From the NCBI GenBank assembly GCA_951406725.2, contig OX597822.1, forward strand, positions 63,550,001-63,614,000: a stretch of DNA of 64,000 nucleotides. The letters are read 5' to 3'. This stretch comes from Octopus vulgaris (taxonomy: Eukaryota). Shown one piece after another: positions 12,874 through 24,644 of the stretch. Numbering within the stretch: the stretch's first letter is position 1; each line of letters begins with the position of its first letter. The position numbers were made by a program, and so were the translations under genes. The notes under the pieces were generated by a model. That model saw only the letters and a program-made list of their open reading frames with translations. It was not told where the DNA came from and did no database searches.

Positions 12874-13097
12874 CCCTTTTGATACCAACCTGGCTGAAAC
12901 TGTCTCTAGCTCTGTAGCACAAATGTCTTGTTTTCATAAGTTTTGGATTAAAATCTTCCACCAAACCTTAGTCACAATTTATGTTCCTAACACTAGCTTA
13001 ATGGTAACTAAGTTATTTTACTAAATTCTTTGTTATTTTAAAAATTAATTGAAAAAAAAACACAGAGCATCTCAACAGAAATATGGTAACAAAAGGG
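12874..13097 (+). mobile_element. piggyBac-type MITE (family P1)
   Basis: TTTA|CCCTTTTGATACC...GGTAACAAAAGGG|TTAA, homologous to the adjacent copy. Confidence 0.85.
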
Positions 13098-13319
13098 TTA
13101 ATGAAGGAAAGGGAAGATGTACATTAGTTAGGCCTCAAAGAATCTTGTATGCTGAGGTCATTGAAGTTTCAGTAGAAGGGGCAGAAAGAAGAGACAGTAC
13201 ATCTGTGAGTTAGAAGGACTCTTTGTTAATTATTCCGGGTCATCTTTGAGATATTGTCTGAGATGTTTCTCTGTATAAAGGTGTAGGAACATTCCAGTTT
13301 TCTTGATTTTTTTTTTCTT

Positions 13320-13745
13320 TTATAAATTATTATGTCTGGAGAGAAGGATTGTGCCCATGGCCGTTGGAGGCCTTCTAAAGTTTATGAGTTTATGACGGTT
13401 ATTCTTGAATAAGTGCAAATTGATGGCTGCAAGAAAAATGTGAGGAGGTGGAGATTTCCGGAAAACTGACATTCTGGGGGAAAAAATGACTGGGAAAAAA
13501 TGGTTGATGCAAGACCTGGTATGAATGAGTAGATACTGTAAGAATGACATGAGGAGGAGAGATAAGTGAAGATAAATGAGTCAGGTGGAATTAAATGGAA
13601 GTGACAGAAGATCAGCCAGTTCTGAAGAAGAGGCTATGAGCAGACAGCATGTCAGTAGTCCAGAGGTTGACGGTTATGTGAATAAGGTAAAGCATTGTCC
13701 CAGATGTGTGGACCAGGACTCTAATTCTAGTTGGAGATGGCATTC
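13320..13745 (-). mobile_element. Decayed CR1/Jockey-group LINE ORF2 C-terminus
   Basis: Frameshifted minus-strand translation ...INHF.QSFFPRMSVFRKS.PPHIFLAAINLHLFKN resembles the SFFPRT..LWNSLP..FP..YNL..FK motif. Confidence 0.6.
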
Positions 13746-14334
13746 TTTGTAACAATTTCATATCTATTCTCCCCTGTTTAACAACATAAAAAGTAATCTC
13801 TATTTAATAATAGCTGATACAAATATTGGTTGGTTGATTGGTTAATTTCTCCAGTTATGCTTTACCTCATACGGAGAGAGTAAAAGAGAGATACAGAGAG
13901 AGTTAACGTAAGAGGTGCAGGATGAGTGCATATCCAAGGCTTGGTGGCAGGCAATGATGACTTTCTGAAAAATACAAGTATTTTAATAAATTTGCAGAGA
14001 TAAGATTTTTAATGGAGCAGATGTTGATACAATTTAGAGAAGAAATAACATATATTCATTGTGACTATACAAATGAAAAATTTGTTTTATTGGAATTTAT
14101 TTTAAAGTAATAAATATTTTTCCTTAAAAAAAAAAGTTTTCATATCATCATTTTGTATAAGCACCAAGAAATTTGATGAAAGTTACATTATAATTATTGT
14201 GTGTATGCCATATTTGCTGACGTTAACCCTTGGTGGAAAAAAAAAAGCCAACTTTCAGAGTTACTCATCATAAGGCAGGTTACTCTCTAGTTGAATAAGA
14301 ATTTAAATAAAAACTGTAAATCATTGTTTTAACG

Positions 14335-14520
14335 CAAGTATCTTTTCCGTGCTTGCAAAGGTCAAGCAGAGTTTATTGAGGCAAATTTTCTATGGCTCAA
14401 TGTCTTTCCTATCACTAACTCTTACCTGTTCCCAAGTAAGGTAATATTTCCTCATAACCAGATATGTTTCCGCAGAATAGTGGAAGCAGTTGTGTGGTGT
14501 CAAGACGTAGACACAAACAC
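14335..14520 (-). mobile_element. Old retroposon tail (family F); related copies near 32160-32400 and 47705-47930
   Basis: Shared TTGAGGCA(A/G)ATTTTCTAT...CCAAG(T/C)AAGGT.ATATTTC block. Confidence 0.55.
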
Positions 14521-14904
14521 ATTAGATATTAGTGACAGTCGCAGTATTTGCAGTGAATGGAAGTCTTCACATCCTTATTAATGTGGATGTATGTTAAGAA
14601 CATTGTAATACTATGGTAGTCATCTTGAAAAAGCATCTTGTATACAGGTTTAGTGCTTAAAAGCAGAACTCACGTGTGTTAGCTTTTAAGCATTCAAAAT
14701 CTATAGGAGATGTTTTCTCAAGACAAATACTGCAGTATTAGTGTTCTTACAATACACCAATGTTAAGTAGCATTAGAAAAAAACCCACCTTTTATCAATT
14801 CAATAACGAAAAATCAAATTATACCATTTAGAAAAATTACATATTATAGAAAGATTAAATATAAATCATTATATATTGCATTATATTTAATATTATATAT
14901 TATC

Positions 14905-15185
14905 AACCCCAGGACTTATTCTTTGTAAGCCTAGTACTTATTCTAATCGGTCTCTTTTGCCAAACCGCTAAGACATACAAACATAAACACACACATATAT
15001 ATATACATATAGATATATACGACGGGCTTCTTTCAGTTTCCGCCTGCCAAATCCACTCACAAGGCTTTGGTCGGCCTGAGGCTATAGTAGAAAACACTTG
15101 CCCAAGGTGCCACACAGTGGGATTGAACCCCGGAACCATGTGGTTGGTAAGCAAGCTACTTACCACACAGCCACTCCTATGCCTG
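14905..15185 (-). mobile_element. SINE family A, internally deleted
   Basis: Near-consensus GACGGGCTTCTTTCAGTTTCC...ACCACACAGCCACTCCTATGCC. Confidence 0.9.
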
Positions 15186-15577
15186 TTTCTTAAAAAATTC
15201 TGAAAGTTTTCTTTCCTAATATTTAGGTGTTTCAAATTATCTTTGAATTTGTCCTTATATTGTAGAATTGGCTGGCCTACATTGCATCATGAATTTACAA
15301 GCTCACTATAAAACATTTGTACGCACACACACACCTGATGGGCTTCTTTCAGTTTCCTCCTACTAAATTCATTCACAAGGCTTGGGGACTTGTGTAGAAA
15401 ATGCTTGCTGGAGTTGTGCTACAGTGTGGAACTGAACCTGAAACCATGTGGTTGGAAAGCAGACTTCTTATAATCATACAACCATTCATATGAATATTTA
15501 GAACAATGCTTTAAGCTTGGTGCTTTCTATCCAATTCAGCCACACAACCAATAGGACTATCTAATATTCCTTATCAA

Positions 15578-15752
15578 TAGGTGCAGGAGTGGCTGTGTGG
15601 TAAGTAGCTTGCTTACCAACCACATAGTTCCTGGTTCAGTCCCACTGCGTGACACCTTGGGCAAGTGTCTTCTACCATAGTCTCAGGCTGACCAAAGCCT
15701 TGTGAGTGGATTTGGTAGACAGAAACTGAAAGAAGCCGGTCGTATATATGTA

Positions 15753-15805
<53 letters not shown>

Positions 15806-16032
15806 ATATATATATATGCGTTTGTGTGTCTGTGTTTGTCCCCCCAACATCGCTTCACAACCGATGCTGGTGTGTTTACATCCCCGTCACTTAGCGTTTC
15901 GGCAAAAGAGACCGATAGAATAAGTACTAGACTTACAAAGAATAAGTCCTGGGGTTGATTTGCTCGACTAAAGGCGGTGCTCCAGCATGGCCGCAGTCAA
16001 ATGACTGAAACAAGTAAAAGAGTTAAAGAGTA
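15578..16032 (+). mobile_element. SINE family A, full length
   Basis: GGTGCAGGAGTGGCTGTGTGGTAAG head through the TGAAACAAGTAAAAGAG tail. Confidence 0.92.
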
Positions 16033-16687
16033 ATAGCCAGCTTAGTATAGATGTATTTCAGGTCAGCTATAACTCAGTGGGCCAAAATGCATTTTTTTTT
16101 ATACATCTGCAGAAGATAAACAATTGAATGAACTGAGCAAGTAGGTTAATGTATGTGTCCTGCCTAAGGTCAAATGGAAAAGAGAGAGAGAGAAAGAGAT
16201 CTGTTGTTGATTTTGCTTGTATTTTGGCTTTTTTTATTATTGTTGTTGTTGTTGTTGTTGTTGTTGCTGTTGCTGTTGTTGTTGTTGTTGTTGTTGTTTA
16301 ATATTTGTGTTGAGGGAGGTCTAAAATGTTCGCTTTACACTTCTTTTGTTGAGTATTTAAATATTCTATTAAATATCTGCTAATGGGGATTATCTGTGAA
16401 TAATAGATGGTTATTTGCCTGGGTTAAATAAAAGGCAGCAATCATTTTACCAGCTTTACAGAGGTCACAGAAAGAGAGAGAGATAGAGAGGTGTTGTTTA
16501 TTATTTCTGAGTTCATTGACTTCTGGTTATCTGCAGTTTAAAACTAATTTTTCATGTGAAGGGGCTACAATACCCCTCTCTCCAACCTAGTGGCTGAGTT
16601 GCCTGTGAGAACTGAAAACAGAGCAAATTGCCATGTTTCATAAAATAATATATATATGTAGCATAATGATAATAATAATAATAATAA

Positions 16688-16903
16688 TGGTTGCCAGTGC
16701 CCCCTGACTAGCGTCTGTGCCAGTGGCACGTAAAAAGCATCCACTACACTCTTGGAGAAGTTGGCATTAGGAAGGGCACCCAATGGTAGAAACCTTGCCA
16801 GATCAGATTGGAGCCCTGTGCAGCCTACTGGCTTGCCAGTCTTCAGTCAAATCGTCCAACCCATGCTAGCATGAAAAGCGGATATTAAATGATGATGATG
16901 ATG
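16688..16903 (+). mobile_element. RTE-LINE 3' end
   Basis: GTGGCACGTAAAAAGCA...TTAGGAAGGGCA...CCAACCCATGCTAGCATG..(GAT)n. Confidence 0.85.
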
Positions 16904-16970
16904 GTGGGCCCTCTTTCCAATCAATGTTTAAAAACTAGTTTTATGGAAACTTGTTTCAAAATTCCTATTT

Positions 16971-17128
16971 TAGGGAAGAGGATAAGTCGATTACATTGAC
17001 CCCAGTGTTTCACTGGTACTTAATTCATCGACCCTGAAAGGATGAAAAGCAAAGTCGACCTCAGCAGAATTTGAACTCAGAAAGTAGCTATGGGAGAAAT
17101 ACTGCTAAGCATTTCGTCCAGCATGCTA
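16971..17128 (-). mobile_element. SINE family B
   Basis: GACCCTGAAAGGATGAAAAGCAAAGTCGACCTCAGCAGAATTTGAACTCAGAA. Confidence 0.85.
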
Positions 17129-17137
17129 AAAGGGGTA

Positions 17138-17376
17138 GGTATGTGGCTTAGTTAATAGGACCCTGAACTTGTGATGATAAGATTGTGGTTTTGATTCACA
17201 GACTGGGTGATGCATTGTTCTTGAGCAAGCCACTTAATTTCACATTGGTACAGTCCATTCAATTGGCAAAAATGAGTATTCCTGTGATGGATCAGCGTCT
17301 CATCCAGGGGTGGTGGATATATACACTGCAGAAACCAGGAAACTGGTGCTGTGAGTTTCTATAACTTGTGAACAAA
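17138..17376 (+). mobile_element. Decayed CORE-type SINE (family E, tail type 1)
   Basis: GTGGCTTAGT head, TTCTTGAGCAAGCCACTT CORE-like block, GTGATGGA..CATCCAGGGG..GAAACCAGGAAACTGG tail. Confidence 0.65.
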
Positions 17377-17427
17377 GGTTATCCTTTTAAATTCTTAAAC
17401 TTGACCAATACAGTGGTGAAGTAAGAA

Positions 17428-17845
17428 AGGTGCAGGAGTGGCTCTGTAGTAAGTAGCTTACTTACCAACCACATGGTTCCGGGTTCAGTCCCACTGCGTG
17501 GCACCTTGGGCAAGTGTCTTCTACTATAGTCTCGAATCGACCAAAGCCTTGTGAGTGGATTTGGTTGACGGAAACTGAAAGAAGCCCATAATGTGTGTGT
17601 GTGTGTGTGTGTGTATATGTATATATATATATATGTGTGTGTGTGTTTGTGTGTCTGTGTTAGTCTTCCCACCATTGCTTGAAAACTGATGTTGGTGTGT
17701 TTATGTCCCCGTAACTTAGTGGCAAAAGAGAATAATTACTAAGCTTACAAAGAATAAGTCCTGCGGTTGATTTGTTCGACTAAAGGCGATGCCCTAGCAT
17801 GGCCGCAGTCAAATGACTGAAACAAGTAAAAGAATAAAAGAATAA
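17428..17845 (+). mobile_element. SINE family A, near full length
   Basis: Consensus head, CORE-like block and tail. Confidence 0.9.
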
Positions 17846-18170
17846 AAATATCTGGATTTCTAATTCCTTCCTCCTCAGAGTACGCAAGTTTCATCCATTT
17901 ATTGGACACCTTTTTACAGATAAAGACCATCGCTTATTTCTGTTGGACTTGTGTTTTTATTTATTTATTTATTTATATATTTTCGTTAATTCATAGAAAC
18001 TAGAGCATTCAAAGTTATTTAGGTATCTTATTCAGGGTCGCAGTTAAAAGATGATAAGTAAGATCTCTTGTTGTCTAGATCACCTTTTCTTGTATTTCAA
18101 TGGTATAGAAATAGATGATTGAAGATTTATTTGAATGGCAGTTGTGCTGTAGTGAACCTGTTTTTTTTAT

Positions 18171-19583
18171 ATGTGGGTATATTATCCTGTGATTTGGGGC
18201 AAGTATGAGTAACCTTTTTTCAAGAAGTGGGCTTTATGAAACATGACTCATTATCAGGTGGGTTACACTATTAAAAAAATTTCAAGGTAATTTTTCATCG
18301 ATGTGTCATTCAAGAAGTCCTGTAGGTCACATTATACACATAATTGATTTACAACATCTGAAAAGAAAAAAAAAATTATTTTAATGACTTGATTGCTTGA
18401 TTAACCTGATAATGTCTAAATAATCAAAATACGGATGAATAAAAGATTTGGGGGTTTATTTAAGAGTAAAATGTGTGTTTGATAAAAAGTAAATTTTAAA
18501 AAAAAGATTAAATTTCCTGATATATAAATTCTGCAACAACTGCGAAATATTGGTTTCAAATTCTGGCCCAAGGCCAGCAGTTTCAGGAGAGGGGCTAAGT
18601 CAGTAACCTCAACCCGAGTTTTCATCGGGCACTTATTTTATCAACCCTGAAAGGATGAAAGGCAAAGTCAGCCTTGGCGGAATTTGAACTCAGAACCTGA
18701 AGATGAACAAAATGCCACTAAGCATTTTCTCAGCATTGCTAATGCTTTTGTCAGCTTTCCAGCTGCCAAATATTACAATTGCTTGCATGCAATATCAATA
18801 ATGTTGCTAAAATGTAAATTCTAAAAGTGAGAAAGCAAAAGCAATAAGTTCTTAGGTAAGTTTTTTGACATTAATGGTTTATATTGGTGCAAAATACAGA
18901 TGAATCTATAGAATTGCATATCTTTCAAACCCATATCTGCCCATGCTTTTAAACGTACTGCATTATCTGACTCTCAGAAAAAAAAAACAAACTATTTTGT
19001 AAGGAAGGTCTTACACACATTTGAATCAACACAGCAGGATGTAGCTGGTACTTATTGACTTCAGCAAAATTTGAGGTCAGAACACAGAAAGATGTGATTG
19101 TTAGGCATCAAATGCTAAGCCCTGCTACTACCATCAGTCAACCACCTTGGATATTTCGCAACACCAAAATATCATCTTTCAATGAGAAAAATCTCCCCAA
19201 ATATAACAATTTCAACCTATCTGCTAAACTTTTATTTGCTAGACTTTGTGGGTATATTATCCTGTGATTTGGGGGCAAGCATGAGTAACCTTTTTTCAAG
19301 AAGTGGGCTTTATGAAACATGACTCATTATCAGGTGGGTTACACTACTAAAAAAAATTTCAAGGTAATTTTTCATCGATGTGTCATTCAAGAAGTCCTAT
19401 AGTTTATCCATAACAGATTTACATGTAAAGAAAAAAAATTTAATGACTTGATTGCTTGATTAACCCGATAATGTCTAAATAATCAAAATATAGATGAATC
19501 TATAGAATTGCATATCTTTCAGACCCATATCTGCCCATGCCTTCAAACGTACTACATTATCTGACGCCCAGAAAAAAAAAAAA
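18171..19583 (+). repeat. Local direct duplication: 18171-18440 plus 18890-18990 recurs fused at 19247-19583
   Basis: Long near-identical blocks such as TTCAAGAAGTGGGCTTTATGAAACATGACTCATTATCAGGTGGGTTACACTA and GATGAATCTATAGAATTGCATATCTTTCA. Confidence 0.9.
18548..18765 (-). mobile_element. SINE family B
   Basis: CCCTGAAAGGATGAAAGGCAAAGTC...GGCGGAATTTGAACTCAGAA. Confidence 0.85.
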
Positions 19584-19644
19584 GACACCCAGTGCAGAGA
19601 GCCTGGCAAAACTGATCTCCTGTGGTTGTTAAAAGAATATAGAC

Positions 19645-19990
19645 ATTCTTTTCTCATTTACTTGTTTCAGTCTTTGGACTGTAGCCATGCTGTAGCACTG
19701 CAATGGGGGTGGGGTAGTCAAAGAAACCAACACAGCACTTATTTTTTAAAATCTGGTACTTATTCTATTGGTTTCTTTGTCTCTTTTTGCTGGACCACTA
19801 AGTCACAAGAACATAAATGAACCAGCACTGTTCTGTCAAGTGGTTATGGGACACATACACACACACAGATATTTCCCTTTACCAAATTCATTCACAAGAC
19901 ATTGACTGGCTCTGGGCTATAGCCAAAGTCACTTTCCCAAGGTGACACACTTGATTGTAAAGCAAGTTTCTTAACCACACAGCCATTCCT
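19645..19990 (-). mobile_element. Decayed SINE family A
   Basis: TTTACTTGTTTCAGTC tail, CCCAAGGTGAC, CTTAACCACACAGCC head. Confidence 0.75.
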
Positions 19991-20125
19991 TTAAAAAATT
20001 CTGGATATTGAAACATGTCTGGTAGATTTTGGTCAGAATTAACAAATACAAGATGAAAATAGGCAAATTGCTATCCACTAATCCATTTAATGACTGCTGG
20101 ATTTTTTTTCCTTTTCCGCATTCAG

Positions 20126-20314
20126 AGACGGTTGTTTTCACAAAAGTTTCTGTTGAATCCCATTGTTTTAGTTATGCCAAAATATGTGAATTCCATTGAT
20201 GCTGTTAGAACTGGTCTTCTTTATAATGGTATTTGGGTAAACCTTCAGTTATTCTGCTATGGCTATGTGCTCCAAGTTGTACTGCTGTTACAGGTTTTAT
20301 CTGTGGCTAATGAA
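20126..20314 (+). other. Candidate spliced exon (189 nt, phase 0-0, stop-free)
   Basis: CTAAT branch-like motif, polypyrimidine tract TTTTTTTTCCTTTTCCGCATTCAG acceptor and GAA|GTGAGT donor. The 63-codon open frame has no homology I recognise. Confidence 0.3.
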
Positions 20315-21374
20315 GTGAGTTTCTAATTGATTTTGCATATGATAAAAAGATGTTTGCTGTGATTGCATTGTATATATAATAATGATGTTGCTTGTTTTCT
20401 TATCAGATATGAGACTCTCTTCTTCTACATTTCTCTTTTCCTTTTGCTTCCCATCACTCCATACTCTGTATCATATTGTTTCATGTCTCTCCTGCATGTA
20501 TGTACTTGTATTGCAATTGTGAGTAATCTATAACTGCCTGCCCAGTTAAAAGAAAGAAAAATCTATTGGGATCTTTGTTGATGTGACCACACTACCTAGC
20601 ATTTATTTTTACACTTTTTTTTTAATGGCTTCACTAAACAGTGGGTGAGTAGTACTCATAACCTTTGAAGGGCTTTTGAGCTTGGTAGGGGATGGGACAA
20701 AGAATTTAGAACTCATGGCTCATGGTTTGGTATAACTAAACTTTGATCTCTGTTACTAGCCCAGCTAGAAATCAGTGGTCAAGTGTGGGTTTGCCCAGAA
20801 GCATAGTTGGACACTGGCTGGGGGGTCAGTGGAAGCAGTTCACCCAAGGTGTTGGTTTTATGTGGGTAGTTTTTTTTTTATCACTATAAGCCTGTATAGG
20901 TAATGGGTAGGAGGGGGAACTCAAAGACTATACTGAGCAACACACACTAGCCAGGCTATTGGGTTTGCCATAAAAAAAGGGCAGCCTCCAGAAGCATTAT
21001 TCATAAGGTTGTGACCATGCTATATCTCTTTTGTCTTGCTGAGGGCATGGCAACCTCCATAGTGTTGGTGCATTGAGTACACTGTCATATGGTTGGAAAC
21101 AATGAAGGACAGACACTGCAATTGCAGACCATTGTAGTTGCAAGCAGTGTATCAAGAGATGGACTTATCCTTAGATATAAAGCAAATGCTGGCAACTCTA
21201 ATAAAGGCATTCTAGAATCATTGGATGGTTGTGTTAAACAGAGCAATGGATTACACACCAAACTATACTCAGTACATTTGTAATAACAGGAAAAATATTG
21301 AATATATGTATACATATGTATGCTTGTAGATTTATATGTGCATGTATATATATATATATGTGTGTGTGTGTGTC

Positions 21375-21789
21375 TTTACTCTTTTACTTGTTTCAGTCAT
21401 TTGACTGTGGCCATGCTGGAGCACTACCTTTTTTAGTTGAGCAAATCGAGCTCAGGACTTATTCTTTGTAAGCCTAGTACTTATTCTATCAGACTCTTTT
21501 GCCGAACCGCTAAGTTACGGGGACGTAAAAACACCAGCATCAATTGTCAAGCGATGTTGGGGGGATAAACACAGACATAAACATATACACACATACATAC
21601 ATACATACATATAGATATATATATATATATACACACATATATATACGACGGGCTTCTTTCAGTTTCCGTCTGCCAAATCCACTCACAAGGTTTTGGTCAG
21701 CCTGAGGCTATAGTAGAAGACATTTGCTCAAGGTGCCACGCAGTGGGACTGAACTCAGAACCATGTGGTTGGTAAGCAAGCTACTTACT
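21375..21789 (-). mobile_element. SINE family A
   Basis: Near-consensus copy lacking the extreme 5' end. Confidence 0.9.
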
Positions 21790-22747
21790 TTTCTTGATTT
21801 AGTGCTGAATTAGAATGGTTCCAAGTTGTCATTTCCCTCCAAGAAGTAACAACACTTTGGATGTGTTATTTACCACTATTCCTAAAATCAGCATCACTAC
21901 TGAGGAAATTTAGGTAATGCCAACTATGCTATAATATTGCCAATCTGTTTCTTGTGAGCAGAAAGAATAGCTGCCATCACTACCAAACTGCTTACTGTAA
22001 CTGGAGCAAAGCTGACTGGAACTTTTATTGTACACTGAATCACAACACTAAAACTGCAGTATTATTTAGTATTAGAGATGTCAATATCCTTTAGTGCATT
22101 TCCACTTCAATCTGGGCCATATGCCAAGTGTCAGTACCACAAGAATGCATCAGAAACCCCCAAAGTGCAATTTGAGTGACAGCAGTCTTGCCATGAAAGG
22201 AGAACAAAATACTGAATGTGAATACAGAGGATAATGGAAGAAGGCACAACTGAGTCCAATAATATCCAGCAGATGACTAAAAAAGGCAGTACTTAAATTT
22301 CATTTGTAACTGTTTCAGATAGTCAAGTGTTCTGGAAATATGTGCACTTGAAACAGAGGCCTCACTCTCCAGTTGGCTTTCTCTCTCTCTCTGCAGTCCT
22401 CACATGGGTCAGATTACTGAAGGCCTCCCTTGTTGTTTGTTGCATATATTAATGGAAATAGATGGTAATTTGAATATGCAGATGATGCTAAGCTGTACCT
22501 CGAAGTGATAATGATGGATCCTGTACACTAAAATCTTTCCTACAATCTGGAAATGATGTAGAAATGGATTGCTAACTGCCAACTCCAGCTGACTAGATGA
22601 GCATTTGTGGGACACAAGCATACATTTCTGAAGCAGTGTCAGTTATAAGGCACATCCATTTACAAGTACACAGTCTCTCTCTCTTTCTCTCACTCTATCA
22701 CATACATACACATATGTCTATGTGTGAGTGTGTGTGTTTTATATATA

Positions 22748-22790
<43 letters not shown>

Positions 22791-23016
22791 TAGCAATAAT
22801 AAAGACTATGGAGACTTGTTCATCCACAAAATTTATTTTATAGTTCATTTGTGGATGTACAAGTCTTCATACATTAATATTAATATTATACTTCAGACAA
22901 TTTTTACTGTCCAGTGACGAGTACTTGGAATTACCCATTGGAAGAATTCACTGAGAGCTAATATAGTCTCCTCCTGGATAATATATCCCTCCAAACTCAT
23001 TTGTATGTATATATAT

Positions 23017-23316
23017 ATCACCGTGACTGACCAGGCTATCAGATGTTGCTACACATCGCTGGTCACAATGCGCTTCGCATTGTTTTAGCCTTCACATGAT
23101 GCCACCCCACTGGCTAAGTAATCAGGCCAACAGAAGAAAGAGTGAGAGAAAGTTGTGGCGAAAGAGTACAGTAGGGATTGCCACCCCCTGCTGCCGGAGC
23201 CTCGTGGAGCTTTTTAGGTGTTTTCGTTCAATAAACACTCAAAACGCCCGGTCTGGGAATCAAAATCACGATCCTACGACCACAAGTTCACTGCCCTAAC
23301 CACTGGGGCATTGTGC

Positions 23317-23318
<2 letters not shown>
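23017..23318 (-). mobile_element. tRNA-derived SINE family D, tail type 2
   Basis: Same head and body as 151-459 (AGAGTGAGAGAAAGTTG.GGCGAAAGAGTACA) but a different 3' tail. Confidence 0.8.
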
Positions 23319-23365
<47 letters not shown>

Positions 23366-23378
23366 CATACATACACAC

Positions 23379-24522
23379 AAGCTTTGGACACATAAAAGGT
23401 GTAACAATATCAGGGGAAGGTTAACAAGGAAACTAGCTTTTGTATGCGGAAGATGCACAGGTACAATAAATACTGAAAATGGGCATAAAATAGACTCCAT
23501 CAACTACCAAGGGGTGCAAGCTAGAGGTAGTAGATAGCTTCCGTTATCTAGTTGACCAAATTAGTAATGGAGATGGATGTTCCGAGAGCGTAGCTGTGAG
23601 AATAAGATTAGGAAGGGTAAAGTTCAGAGAACTCCTACCACTACTGGCAACTCAGAGTGGAAGGCAAATTGTTCGATGCCTGTGTGCAAACAGCTATACT
23701 ACATGATAGTGAAACATGGACTGTGACAGCCAAGGACATGTGTAGCCTTGAAAGAAATGAAGCCAGTATGCTTCACTGGATGTGCAATGTCAGTGTGAAT
23801 GTTTGACAGTGTAAGCATCTCGAGAGAAAAGTTAGGCATAAGAGGCATCAGATGTGGTGTGCAAGAGAGACAACTGTGCTGGTATGGTCATTTGATGTCC
23901 ATGGATGAGGACAGCTGTGTAATGAAGTGCCGATCTCTTTGGAGGAAACCTGTGGTAGAGGTAGACCCAGGAAGATATGGGACGAGCTGGTGAAGCATGA
24001 TCTTCAAACTTTGAGCCTCACAGAGGCAATGACTAGTGACCAAGACCTTTGGCGATGTGCTGTGCTTGAGAGGACCCGTTAAGTCAAGTGCACCTGTGCT
24101 GGTGGCATGTAAAGAACCCCTTTCAAGTGTTTGGCCTCATGGAGGCAAAGTGGCTGAGTTCCTTTTGAGTGTTGGGCCTTACGGAGGCAATGACTGAAAC
24201 CGTTGGCATTATGTCATGCTTGAGAAGAAAACCCGTCAACCTGAGCAAAATTGCAGTCATGACATCCTGGTGTCACGCAAACTGGCACCTTTGCCAGCAG
24301 CACATAAAAGCACCCCGGTTTCATGCAAATGGCACCCATGCCAGTGGCATGTAAAAGCACCCATTACCCTCTTGGAGTGTTTGGGTGTTAGGAAGAGCAT
24401 CCAGCCATAGAAAACCATGCCAAATCAGACGAGAGTCTGGTGCAGCCTTCCAGTGTGCCAGCCCGGTCAAACCGTCAAATCCATGCTGGCATGGACAACA
24501 GATGTTAAATGATGCTGATGAG
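23379..24522 (+). mobile_element. 5'-truncated RTE-clade LINE: frameshifted ORF2 C-terminus (to about 24082), 3' UTR and (GAT)n-like tail
   Basis: Pieces translate to KLWTHKRC...FVCGRC, LEVVDSFRYL, KFRELLPLL, HDSETW, LERNEASML.WMC, QLCWYGH, GRGRPRKIW and DLWR, all typical RTE motifs. Confidence 0.9.
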
Positions 24523-24644
24523 ATGTAAAAGAATAGTATAAAATAAGTATTCAGAGAATCATGTAGCTAATGGCTGTAATTATATGGAATTCATATTGGA
24601 AAAATTAATCTTCACCCCTTTCCCCAACTCTTGACTTTTGACAC

